From: Alphaproteobacteria bacterium
GTDB lineage: Bacteria > Pseudomonadota > Alphaproteobacteria > MPNO01
NCBI GenBank assembly: GCA_964291675.2
Contig: OZ219865.1
Location: 128,001 to 192,000, forward strand
Length of the DNA: 64,000 nt
Direction of reading: 5' to 3'
The first letter of the stretch is position 1. Every line of letters begins with the position of its first letter. Of this stretch, positions 51,731 through 60,405 are shown piece by piece. The position numbers and the translations under genes were made by a program. The notes beneath the pieces are model-generated. The model was not told the DNA's origin. It did not search any database and was given only the letters and a program-made list of their open reading frames with translations.

Positions 51731-53266
51731 ATGCGCAACAGCATCCGGATCGCCCGCCTTGCCGCGGTCGCGCTGCCAGCCCTGTTGATCGCCACCCAGA
51801 GCGGCGCGCAATCGCCGCCGAGCGCCGAGGCGCTGGCGACAGAGATCGAGACTCTCAAGCGGGACTACGAAGCGCGCCTCGATGCCCTCGAGTCGCAGCT
51901 CTCGGCACTCAAGGCGCGGTCCGAGAGCGCCGAAGCAAGGCCCGCCGCGCCCGCCGCGTCCGCCAAGCCGCCGCCCGACCGCGCGTTCAACCCGGCGATC
52001 GGCGTCGTCTTCGACGGCCGGTATGCGAGCTTCTCGGCCGAGGAGTCGGCGATTCCGGGGTATCCGACCGGCCACGAGTCGGAGCGCGCTCCGGAAGGCC
52101 TCTCGCTCGGCCACAGCGAGGTGACGCTTTCCGGCAATATCGACGACAAGTTTCGCGGCGGCCTCACGCTCGGTCTCGGCGCCCACCCGGGCGAGCCGAC
52201 GGAGGTCGAGCTCGAGGAGGCCTATGTCCAGACCCTGCCGGGCGCCGGGCTGCTGGAAGGCATGCGGGTCAAGGCGGGACGGGCGCTCTGGACCTTCGGC
52301 TATCTCAACGAGCAGCACGCCCATGGCGACGATTTCGCGGACCGGCCGCTGCCCTACCGGGCGTTTCTCGACAACGCGTTCAACGATGACGGCGTCGAGG
52401 TCTCCCTTGTCCTGCCCGCCGAGGTCTACGCCGAATTCGGCGGCGGCCTGTTCCGCGGCGACGACAGGCCGCTATTCGGCGGCTCGGACAACGGACTCAG
52501 GGCGCGGTCGCTCTACGCGCGGGTCGGCTGGGATATGGGGCGCGACGCGGCGGTGCGCGTCGGCGCGTATCTGCTCGACGGCAAGTCGCGGAACCGGGCC
52601 GGTGGAGGTCACGGCCATGCCCACGAAGACGAGGACGCGCACGAGGACGAACACGCCCACGAGGACGAGGACGCCCACGAGGACGAGCACGCCCACGAGG
52701 ACGAGCACGGGGACGAGGACGAGCACGCCCACGAGGACGCGCACGAGGACGAGGACGAGCACGCGCATGAAGACGAGCACGCGGACGAGGACGAACACGC
52801 CCACCATGACCATGCCGAGTTCTTCACCGATGGCATGTTCACCGGCACTTCGCGGCTCTACGGCATCGACGTCCGCTTCACGCTGGCCCCGACCGGCAAC
52901 GCGCGGGAGAGCGAGGTGATCCTCCAGGGCGAGTATTTCTGGCGCCGGGAAGACGGAACCTATGCGTTGGAGGACGAGAGCGAAGACTTCGACTCCATCG
53001 CGCAAGGCTGGTACGTCCAGGGGGTCTACAAGCCCGCGCCGAGCTGGCGGATCGGCGCCCGCTATGCCAGGCTGTCCCCGCCCGGCGGCTCCGATCTCGA
53101 CCACGATTCCCAAGCCTTCGGTGCGATGGTCGACTGGACCAACAGCGAGTTCGGACGGATCCGGCTGCAATACAATCACGAAGATCTCAACGGCCGGGAG
53201 CAGGACAACCAGATCATCCTGCAATACGTGATGAGCCTCGGCGCCCACGCCGCGCATAGTTTCTGA
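51731..53266 (+). CDS. Zinc-regulated outer-membrane beta-barrel protein with His/Asp/Glu repeat insert
   Basis: Signal peptide, coiled coil, FNPAIGVV, LEEAY, HAHGDDFADRP, terminal SLGAHAAHSF. Confidence 0.78.
   Translation: MRNSIRIARLAAVALPALLIATQSGAQSPPSAEALATEIETLKRDYEARLDALESQLSALKARSESAEARPAAPAASAKPPPDRAFNPAIGVVFDGRYASFSAEESAIPGYPTGHESERAPEGLSLGHSEVTLSGNIDDKFRGGLTLGLGAHPGEPTEVELEEAYVQTLPGAGLLEGMRVKAGRALWTFGYLNEQHAHGDDFADRPLPYRAFLDNAFNDDGVEVSLVLPAEVYAEFGGGLFRGDDRPLFGGSDNGLRARSLYARVGWDMGRDAAVRVGAYLLDGKSRNRAGGGHGHAHEDEDAHEDEHAHEDEDAHEDEHAHEDEHGDEDEHAHEDAHEDEDEHAHEDEHADEDEHAHHDHAEFFTDGMFTGTSRLYGIDVRFTLAPTGNARESEVILQGEYFWRREDGTYALEDESEDFDSIAQGWYVQGVYKPAPSWRIGARYARLSPPGGSDLDHDSQAFGAMVDWTNSEFGRIRLQYNHEDLNGREQDNQIILQYVMSLGAHAAHSF
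52610..52815 (+). repeat. Intragenic imperfect 18-bp tandem repeat (HEDE[H/D]A)
   Basis: About 10 units of cacgaggacgag(c/g)acgc(c/g). Confidence 0.85.
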
Positions 53267-53269
53267 GCC

Positions 53270-54193
53270 ATGGCCGCGATACCGAAGCGGCTGGCGCCGG
53301 TCCTGGTCGCCGGCCTCGCGGCGCTCGCACCCTCCGGGGCGGCGGCCGATGTCCGGGTGTTCGCCTGCGAGCCGGAATGGGCGGCGCTGGCAGGCGAGAT
53401 CGGCGGCGACAGCGTGACGGTCTACTCGGCAACCCACGGACGCCAGGATGCCCATTTCATCCGCGCGCGGCCCAGCCTGATCGCGCAGGTGCGACGCGCC
53501 GACATCGTGTTCTGCTCTGGCGCGGAGCTCGAAATCGGCTGGCTTCCGGTACTGATGGAGCGCGGCGCCCGGCTCGGGGTGCAGCCCGGGCAGCCCGGAC
53601 ATCTCATGGCGGCCGACCACGTCGAAGTCATGGAACGGCCCGAGAGGATCGATCGCAGCCTCGGCGACATCCATCCGAGCGGCAACCCGCATGTCCACCT
53701 CGACCCGGGCAATATCGCTCGCCTCGCGGTCGAGCTGGCCGGACGGCTGGTGCGCGTCGATCCGGCCAACGAGGCAGCGTATCGGTCCCGGCTGGCGGAT
53801 TTCCAGGCGCGATGGGGCGCGGCGGCGAAGCGCTGGCGCGCACGCGCCGAAGGGCTTCGCGGCATGAAGGTCGTCGTCCACCATGCCGCATGGGTCTATC
53901 TGATCCGCTGGACCGGTCTGGATCGGGTCGCCAGGCTGGAGCGGATCTCCGGGGTCCCGCCGACGGCATCCCATTTGGGGAGTCTCGTCAAGAGGGTGCG
54001 GACGACCGGTGCCGCCGCCATTCTGCTCGCGCCGCACGATCCGGGCGACGCGGCGGACTGGTTGTCGCAACGGACCGGCGTGCCCGTCGTCGAGCTTCCC
54101 TTCACCGTCGGCGGTCAGGACGAGGCACGCGATCTCTTCGCCCTGTTCGACGTGACGCTCGCGCTGCTGGAGCAAGCCCGCGATCGATCCTGA
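53270..54193 (+). CDS. Zn/Mn ABC substrate-binding protein (ZnuA/TroA family)
   Basis: QDAHFI-ARPS, GAELEIGWLP, GNPHVHLDP. Confidence 0.88.
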   Translation: MAAIPKRLAPVLVAGLAALAPSGAAADVRVFACEPEWAALAGEIGGDSVTVYSATHGRQDAHFIRARPSLIAQVRRADIVFCSGAELEIGWLPVLMERGARLGVQPGQPGHLMAADHVEVMERPERIDRSLGDIHPSGNPHVHLDPGNIARLAVELAGRLVRVDPANEAAYRSRLADFQARWGAAAKRWRARAEGLRGMKVVVHHAAWVYLIRWTGLDRVARLERISGVPPTASHLGSLVKRVRTTGAAAILLAPHDPGDAADWLSQRTGVPVVELPFTVGGQDEARDLFALFDVTLALLEQARDRS

Positions 54194-54944
54194 CCTGCTC
54201 CTGATCGTCGCCCCGGCCTTCGTGGTCGGGCTGGTCGTCTCGGCGGTTCACGCCCCGCTCGGGATCGAGGTGCTGCGGCGGGGCATCGTGTTCATCGACC
54301 TGGCGACGGCGCAGATCATCGGCCTGGCGATCGTCCTGCTCGGCCTGTTCTTCCACGAACCGTCCTGGCTGCTGCGCCAATCCGCGGCGTTCGGCACCGG
54401 GATCGGCGTCGCCCTGTTCTTCCGCTGGATCGAGCGCAAGACCCCGGAGGAGCAGGAGGCGGTGATCGGCAGCTCCTTCATTCTCGCCGCCTCGGTGGCC
54501 CTGCTGGCGCTGGCCGACGACCCGCATGGCGGCGAGGCCCTGCGGCATTTGCTGTCGGGCCAGATCCTGTTCGTCTCCTGGGGCGACATCGCCGTCTTCC
54601 TGCCGGTATACGCCCTGGTCGCGCTGGTTTGGGCCGCGGTTCCGCGGGCGCGAAGCGGCGCCGGCTTCTTCGTGCTGTTCGCGCTGGCGATCACCGCGTC
54701 GGTCCAGCTCGTCGGCGTCTACGTGGTGTTCGCGAGCCTCATCCTGCCCGCTCTCGCGGCGCGCTCGGGCGGCGGGTGGGACCTCAGGCGGGCATTCGCC
54801 AGCGGCGCCGCCGCGGTGGTGGCGGGGGTGCTGATCTCGACCGCGGCCGACCTGCCCGCGGGACCGTTCCTCGTCGCCTGCTTCGCCGTCTCGGCGGTGG
54901 CGACGCGGCTGCTGTTGCGCCCCGGCCCTAGCGGCGGCGGGTGA
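54183..54944 (+). CDS. Metal ABC permease (ZnuB-like); start uncertain
   Basis: HAPLGIEVLRRGIVFIDLA-AQ, QEAVIG, GVYVVFASLILPA. Confidence 0.8.
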   Translation: MDPDLLLIVAPAFVVGLVVSAVHAPLGIEVLRRGIVFIDLATAQIIGLAIVLLGLFFHEPSWLLRQSAAFGTGIGVALFFRWIERKTPEEQEAVIGSSFILAASVALLALADDPHGGEALRHLLSGQILFVSWGDIAVFLPVYALVALVWAAVPRARSGAGFFVLFALAITASVQLVGVYVVFASLILPALAARSGGGWDLRRAFASGAAAVVAGVLISTAADLPAGPFLVACFAVSAVATRLLLRPGPSGGG

Positions 54945-55590
54945 GGATGGTCGAGCCGTCGCGCGCCTTGCGCGAGATCTGCAGCAGCCCGCCCTTCTCG
55001 TCATACCAGAAGTCGCGCGTGGCCTTGCCCGTCACCCGGTAGCGCAGCGCCGGGATCGTCCGGCCGCCGAGCTTGAGCGCCGTCTTCTCCGGCGGGCTGA
55101 CGGCGATCGCGTCGACCGCGCCGGTGACCGTGTTGATCACCGATTTCTCGGCCAGCACGTCGACGTTCCAGAACTCCGAGGTCTTGAGCTTCCGGTCCAC
55201 GATGCGCGATCCGGCGGTGCCCGCGATCGCCAGCCCGTCCGTGCGCGCGCTCACGTTGAGGCGGGATTTTTCGCCGTTGTTGTCCGTTGTGGCGGTGTAG
55301 CTCTGCACCATCCCGCCCCGCCACACCGAACGCGCGCTGCGCTCGAAGCGGTGAACCGTGACGAAGAACTTCTTCACCTTGATCTCGACCCTGGTGTCGA
55401 CCACCAGCCGCTCGCCCTCGCGCGCGAAGGTGAGCACCTGGCGGCCGATCTCGTCGCCGTCCCGGGTGATGGTGAATTCGAGCCGCTTGCCGGGCGGAAC
55501 CCAGGGCTCCGCCAAGGCCGGGAAGATCGGGAGAGTCGCCGCCAGCGTGGCGGCGAGGAGAATGGCCGTACCCGCGATCTTCATGGTCAT
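54928..55590 (-). CDS. DUF6134-like exported protein
   Basis: Signal peptide, F-ITRDGDEIG, FWYDEKG-L. Confidence 0.65.
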   Translation of the reverse strand: MTMKIAGTAILLAATLAATLPIFPALAEPWVPPGKRLEFTITRDGDEIGRQVLTFAREGERLVVDTRVEIKVKKFFVTVHRFERSARSVWRGGMVQSYTATTDNNGEKSRLNVSARTDGLAIAGTAGSRIVDRKLKTSEFWNVDVLAEKSVINTVTGAVDAIAVSPPEKTALKLGGRTIPALRYRVTGKATRDFWYDEKGGLLQISRKARDGSTILTRRR

Positions 55591-56726
55591 GTCCTGAAAT
55601 GCTTGGAGAGTTGCAGCCGCTGGCCCTGATAGGCCGAGCCGATGCCGCGGCCGTAGATCCGGTCCGAAATGTCGGTCAGCCGGAGATAGCGCAGCCCGCC
55701 GATCACCTGCTCGTGCTCGAGCAGGAAGGGCACGTCGTGGCTGCGCACTTCGAGCACCGCGCGGCTGCCCGCGCCGCCGGCCCCGTCCCAGCCGAACCCG
55801 GGGTCGAAGAAGCCGGCGTAGTGGACGCGGAACTCGCCGACCTCGGTGTCGTAGGCGATCATCTCGGCGGCATGATCGGGCGGCACGGCGATCGCCTCGC
55901 GGGTCGCGAGGATGTAGAAGTCATCCGGGTTCAGGATGATCCCGCGCCCGGGGCAGGCATGGATGGGCTCCCAGAAATCGTTCGCGTCGTAGCCGCCGAC
56001 AAGGTCGAAATCGACGATCCCGGTATGCTGCTTGGCGCGGAAGCCGATCAGCGAGCCGCTGCCGTCCCCTTCGAGGTCGAGGCGGAGCGGCAGCCCGCCG
56101 TCGCGGCGCCCGGAACCCTCCATCTCGGGATCGACGAGTCCGACATCCTGCTGCAATTGCCGCAGCCTCGTGGCCGGGATGACGGGCGTGCCGCGGTGCA
56201 GGCGGAGCTGGTTCAGCCGGCTTCCCTTGCGGACCAGGATGGAGAATGTGCGCGGCGAGACTTCGGCGTAGAGGCGGCCGTGATAGCCGCGCGCGACGGC
56301 ATCGAAGCGGCTCGACCGGTCGGTGATCAGCCGGGTGAAGACGTCGAGCCGGCCGGTCGAGCTGCGCGGATTGGCGAAGGCCGCGATCGGGCTGTCGAGC
56401 GCCAGGTGTTCGAGCAGGGGGACGATATAGACGCAGCCGCGCTCCAGCACCGCGCCGCCCTCCAGGTCGATCTCGTGCATCCCCAACGCCTCGACCTTCT
56501 CATCCACCGTGGCCTCCGGCCCCGGCAGGAAGCTCGCCTGCACCCGGTAGGCCACCGGGCCGAGGCGCAGATCGAGGCTGGCCGGCTGGATCATGTCCCG
56601 GGCGAACTCGCTGGTCGCGGCGATCGTCCGGTCGCGGATCAGCGCCGCGATGGTCTGCGCGGGGAAAATACCGGTGCCCGACGGCGAGGACGGGCCGCCG
56701 GACGGGAACAGCGAGTCGGAAGTCAC
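55587..56726 (-). CDS. dcd: dCTP deaminase (long alphaproteobacterial form)
   Basis: [54 protein letters not shown]. Confidence 0.92.
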   Translation of the reverse strand: MTSDSLFPSGGPSSPSGTGIFPAQTIAALIRDRTIAATSEFARDMIQPASLDLRLGPVAYRVQASFLPGPEATVDEKVEALGMHEIDLEGGAVLERGCVYIVPLLEHLALDSPIAAFANPRSSTGRLDVFTRLITDRSSRFDAVARGYHGRLYAEVSPRTFSILVRKGSRLNQLRLHRGTPVIPATRLRQLQQDVGLVDPEMEGSGRRDGGLPLRLDLEGDGSGSLIGFRAKQHTGIVDFDLVGGYDANDFWEPIHACPGRGIILNPDDFYILATREAIAVPPDHAAEMIAYDTEVGEFRVHYAGFFDPGFGWDGAGGAGSRAVLEVRSHDVPFLLEHEQVIGGLRYLRLTDISDRIYGRGIGSAYQGQRLQLSKHFRT

Positions 56727-56899
56727 CGGCGGGCGGCCTCGGAATGGAGTGCGCGACGGCGCCGCGACAGGCGCGTCGGGAAAGGGTAGCGATTCCGCGC
56801 CGGCGATCAACGGCGCCGGCCGCCGCCGGGCATTGCCGTTTGATCTCGGTTGCGAAGGCGGCTAGATTCGCAATGGCTGCGCGTATCGACGGGGTACCG

Positions 56900-57091
56900 A
56901 TGAGATTTTTCGGCCGGCGCGCGCTCGGGAACCTTCTCCGCTGCTCGTTCTGCGGCAAGAGCGAGCATGACGTCCGCAAGCTGATCGCCGGCGGGGGTAA
57001 CACGGTGCTCATCTGCGACGAGTGCGTCGAAATCTGCGTGGACATCATCCGCGACTCCAACGGGACCGAGCAGCCCCGTCATCCCGGGTAG
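56900..57091 (+). CDS. Stand-alone ClpX C4-type zinc-finger protein
   Basis: [30 protein letters not shown] followed by a stop; no AAA domain. Confidence 0.75.
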   Translation: MRFFGRRALGNLLRCSFCGKSEHDVRKLIAGGGNTVLICDECVEICVDIIRDSNGTEQPRHPG

Positions 57092-57246
57092 TCCCGAAAG
57101 GCCCCTGTGAGGCGCCGACGCGAGCCGCGCCGCCGAGGAAGGGTAGCGATTCCACCCCAGCGATCGATGATGTCGGCATCCGCCGTCATTTCGACCGACC
57201 CCGGACTCGTTCGGGGGAAACGGAGAAATCTCCCTGACTCCCTACA

Positions 57247-57267
57247 TCATGCCCGGACTTGATCCGG
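57247..57267. repeat. Truncated REP palindrome at the island boundary
   Basis: tcatgcccggacttgatccgg is followed by unrelated lower-GC sequence instead of the usual gcaccca/gcatcca tail. Confidence 0.65.
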
Positions 57268-57472
57268 AGACACAAAGAACCCCAGACTGGTAACGACGCG
57301 CTCCGACGCGTAACGACCGATTTTCTACTAACTTGTTGTCGTACATCGTGTTTTTTGCCCTGCATCAGCCTCCCGCCCCTTGCATTTCGACACTCAAGTC
57401 CCTAGATTCGACGCTGACTTGACGTCCAGAACTCACGATTTGATGACTGGTTTTCGGGTCGGGGGAAACGGG

Positions 57473-58657
57473 ATGCCGAAGCGAAGCACCCTCAGACTGA
57501 CCAAGCGGATTGTGGAGCGGCTGAAGACCGAGGGCAAGGACGCGATCTTCTGGGACCGCGACCTGGCCGGCTTCGGTGTGCGGGTCCACACCACCGGGCG
57601 CAAGCTCTACATCGTCCAGTCGCGCGGGCCGGCCGGCCTGAAACGGGTCACCCTCGGCCGGGTCGGCACCGAGACGGTCGACGTGCGCCGGCGCGAGGCC
57701 GCAGCCGTCATCGACCGCATCAAGCGGGGCGAGGATCCGATCCCTTCGGAACCGCCGCCTGAACCCACCGTTGCCGATCTGGCCGAGCGCTGCCTTGAGA
57801 AGTTCGTAGCCGTGCGGTGCAAGCCGAGCACGGCCAGGAACTACCGGCTGGCCATCCAGCACCACATCCTCCCCGCCCTGGGAGAGAAGGCCCTGAAGGA
57901 TGTCGGGCCGGAGGACGTGACGGCGCTGCACCACGCGCTGCGGGACAGGCCCGCGGCGGCCAATCAGGCGACGTGGGTGCTTTCCAGGATGTTTGCGCTC
58001 GCCGAGAACTGGGGGATGGTGCCGCCCGGCCGCAAGCCGACCCGCCATGTCCGCCAATACCGCGCGACATCCCGCGAGCGGTTCCTGACACCCGAGGAGT
58101 ACCGGCTTCTCGGCGCGACGCTGACCAGGCTGGAAACCGAGGGCTCGATGATGCCCTCCGCTGTCGCGGCGATCCGCCTGCTGATGCTGACCGGCTGCCG
58201 GTCGGACGAGATCCTCACCCTGAAATGGGACGACATCGACCGTACGGCGCGGGTGCTGCGGTTGCGCGATTCGAAGACGGGTCCCCGCATGGTGCCGCTG
58301 ACCGGGCCGGTGCTGAAGGTGCTCGACGGCATCGAGCGGGAAGACGGCGTTCCCTGGGTCCTCCGGGGCGCCAAGCGGGGTTCCCGGCTGGCCTGCCTCT
58401 CTCACCACTGGCGGTGGATCAAGCGGGAGACCGGGCTCCGCGACGTGCGGGTCCACGACCTCAGACATTCCTACGCCTCCCGCGCGCTCGCCCTGGGCGA
58501 GGGCCTGCCGGCGATCGGCCGGCTGCTCGGCCATGTCCGGGTCTCCACCACCGCCAAGTACGCTCACCTGGTGCGCAACGCGGAGAAGACAGCCGCCGCC
58601 CGCACCGGCGACAGCATCGGCGCCCAGATCGTTCCGGGCCGCGCCGAGGCGGCGTAA
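57473..58657 (+). CDS. Tyrosine recombinase/integrase with N-terminal arm-binding domain
   Basis: WDRDLAGFGVRV, TGCRSDE, SKTG, HDLRH, LLGH, TAKYAH. Confidence 0.95.
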   Translation: MPKRSTLRLTKRIVERLKTEGKDAIFWDRDLAGFGVRVHTTGRKLYIVQSRGPAGLKRVTLGRVGTETVDVRRREAAAVIDRIKRGEDPIPSEPPPEPTVADLAERCLEKFVAVRCKPSTARNYRLAIQHHILPALGEKALKDVGPEDVTALHHALRDRPAAANQATWVLSRMFALAENWGMVPPGRKPTRHVRQYRATSRERFLTPEEYRLLGATLTRLETEGSMMPSAVAAIRLLMLTGCRSDEILTLKWDDIDRTARVLRLRDSKTGPRMVPLTGPVLKVLDGIEREDGVPWVLRGAKRGSRLACLSHHWRWIKRETGLRDVRVHDLRHSYASRALALGEGLPAIGRLLGHVRVSTTAKYAHLVRNAEKTAAARTGDSIGAQIVPGRAEAA

Positions 58658-58669
58658 GGAGACCGCGCG

Positions 58670-59848
58670 ATGGCAGTGCACAAGAGGAGCCTCACCAACC
58701 GCGCTGTAGCGGCGCTCAAAGTCGAGCGCGACACGGTCTACTGGGACCGCGACCTCCCCGGCTTCGGGGTCCGGGTCTATCCCGGCGGCGGCAAGGTCTT
58801 CATCGCCCAGGCGCGGGAGCCCGACAAGACAACCAAGCGGGTGACGGTCGGACGGCACGACGTGCTCAATGCCGACCAGGCCCGCCAGCGGGCGGCGTTC
58901 ATCATCACGCGCATCAGGGCGGGCGAGGATCCGGTGCCCCTGCCGCTCGCGGCCAGGCTCAACGGCGGTCCGACCGTGGCCGACCTCGCCGAGCGCTATC
59001 TCGAAGAGCATGCCGCGGTGCGGATCAAGCCGAGGACACGGCTGCGCGTCCGCGGCATGCTCCGCAATCACATCCTGCCGGCTCTCGGCAGGCTGCCGCT
59101 CGAGGCGGTGGAGCCGAGCCATGTCGTCGAGCTGCACCAGACGCTGTCCGACCGGCCGATCACCGCGAACAAGTGCGTCAAGGTCCTGTCGCACATGTAC
59201 CGGCTTGGCGCGGGATGGGGCCTGGTGCCGGAGGGCTTCAATCCCTGCAGGTCGGTCGAGAAATACCCCGAGCGGTCCCGCGAGCGTTTCCTCACCGATG
59301 CCGAGTTCGCCCGGCTGGGGCGGGTGCTGGACGAGGCGGTCGACAGCGGCGGCGCTCCGCTGAAGGCCGTGACGGCGATCCGCCTGCTGATACTGACCGG
59401 CTGCCGCAAGAGCGAGATCCTGACCCTGCGCTGGTCCGACGTCGATCTCGACACCGGCGAGCTCCATCTCGGCGAAGCCAAGACCGGTCCCCGTGCGGTC
59501 CAGCTGGCGCCGACGGCGGTGGCGCTATTGGAAGCGCTGCCGCGACGGAAGGACAGCCCCTGGGTGTTCCCCGGCAACGACCGCAACGGGCGCTACAGCG
59601 GCGGCGGTCTCGACCATGCCTGGCGGACCGTGCGGGCTGCGGCCGGGCTGCAAGACGTCAGGCTTCACGACCTCAGACACAGCTTTGCGTCCCGTGCGCT
59701 GGCGCTCGGCGAGACCCTGCCGGTGATCGGCAAGCTGCTCGGCCACAGCGACATCGAGACGACGGCGCGCTACGCCCATCTGGCGCAGGATTCGATCCAA
59801 GAGACGGCGGAGCGGATCGCCGAGAGCATTGCAGCCGACATACTGTAG
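58670..59848 (+). CDS. Second tyrosine recombinase/integrase (tandem paralog)
   Basis: WDRDLPGFGVRV, TGCRKSE, AKTG, HDLRH, LLGH, TARYAH. Confidence 0.95.
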   Translation: MAVHKRSLTNRAVAALKVERDTVYWDRDLPGFGVRVYPGGGKVFIAQAREPDKTTKRVTVGRHDVLNADQARQRAAFIITRIRAGEDPVPLPLAARLNGGPTVADLAERYLEEHAAVRIKPRTRLRVRGMLRNHILPALGRLPLEAVEPSHVVELHQTLSDRPITANKCVKVLSHMYRLGAGWGLVPEGFNPCRSVEKYPERSRERFLTDAEFARLGRVLDEAVDSGGAPLKAVTAIRLLILTGCRKSEILTLRWSDVDLDTGELHLGEAKTGPRAVQLAPTAVALLEALPRRKDSPWVFPGNDRNGRYSGGGLDHAWRTVRAAAGLQDVRLHDLRHSFASRALALGETLPVIGKLLGHSDIETTARYAHLAQDSIQETAERIAESIAADIL

Positions 59849-59878
59849 GGACTCTGCTTGGGTTCCCGCAGCGACCCT

Positions 59879-59917
59879 GTGCGGCTGCACGACTTACGCC
59901 ACTCTTGTGCGGCATAG
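59879..59917 (+). pseudogene. Integrase box-II remnant
   Basis: Translates as VRLHDLRHSCAA*. Confidence 0.55.
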
Positions 59918-60405
59918 CCTCCTAACACACTGTTATCATTGATATAATTTTTCTGATACAAAATCCGTAACCGAATAGTCACCGGATTCGATCATATCCT
60001 AGGCGACGCATGAGTAAACGTTTCGACGGGCCGTCCTGATCGGCTGAAATGCGCCGTTTTCGCGCGCCGGACGCAGTGGCGGGCGGTGGGCTCCACGGCC
60101 GGATGGAACGTTTACGCGCGTGGCGCATCCCGCGCCTGCTGAGCCCCACCTATCCGGAATCGCCCATCCCACAGCAACAGCCTTGGCCGCCACGTCGGTA
60201 CATGGTCCAGCCGCCTTTGACAGTGGAGCGAGGTTCCAAGGCCGCGCCATGGCGGTGCGCGTCATAGTTGATCCACACGGTTCAAAGTCCAAAAAGTATT
60301 GCTTTTCACCTGAGAGCAGTTATGTTATTGGTTTTCGTGACCAGTTATCGTTTTGCACGAAATGGCGGCGAGTTCGCACCGCTACGGGAGCGTAACAATT
60401 TAGTC

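Noticed and set aside
52610-52815. Tandem repeat as CRISPR or non-coding VNTR
   Set aside because: It is in frame within a CDS and has no spacers.
56900-57091. clpX gene
   Set aside because: Only the zinc-finger domain is present; no ATPase follows in any frame.
57200-57300. tRNA at the integrase junction
   Set aside because: No cloverleaf, T-loop GTTCGA or CCA pattern was recognisable.
59965-60060. Second IS630-like end
   Set aside because: Only a vague resemblance (GYD tail); no convincing transposase translation.
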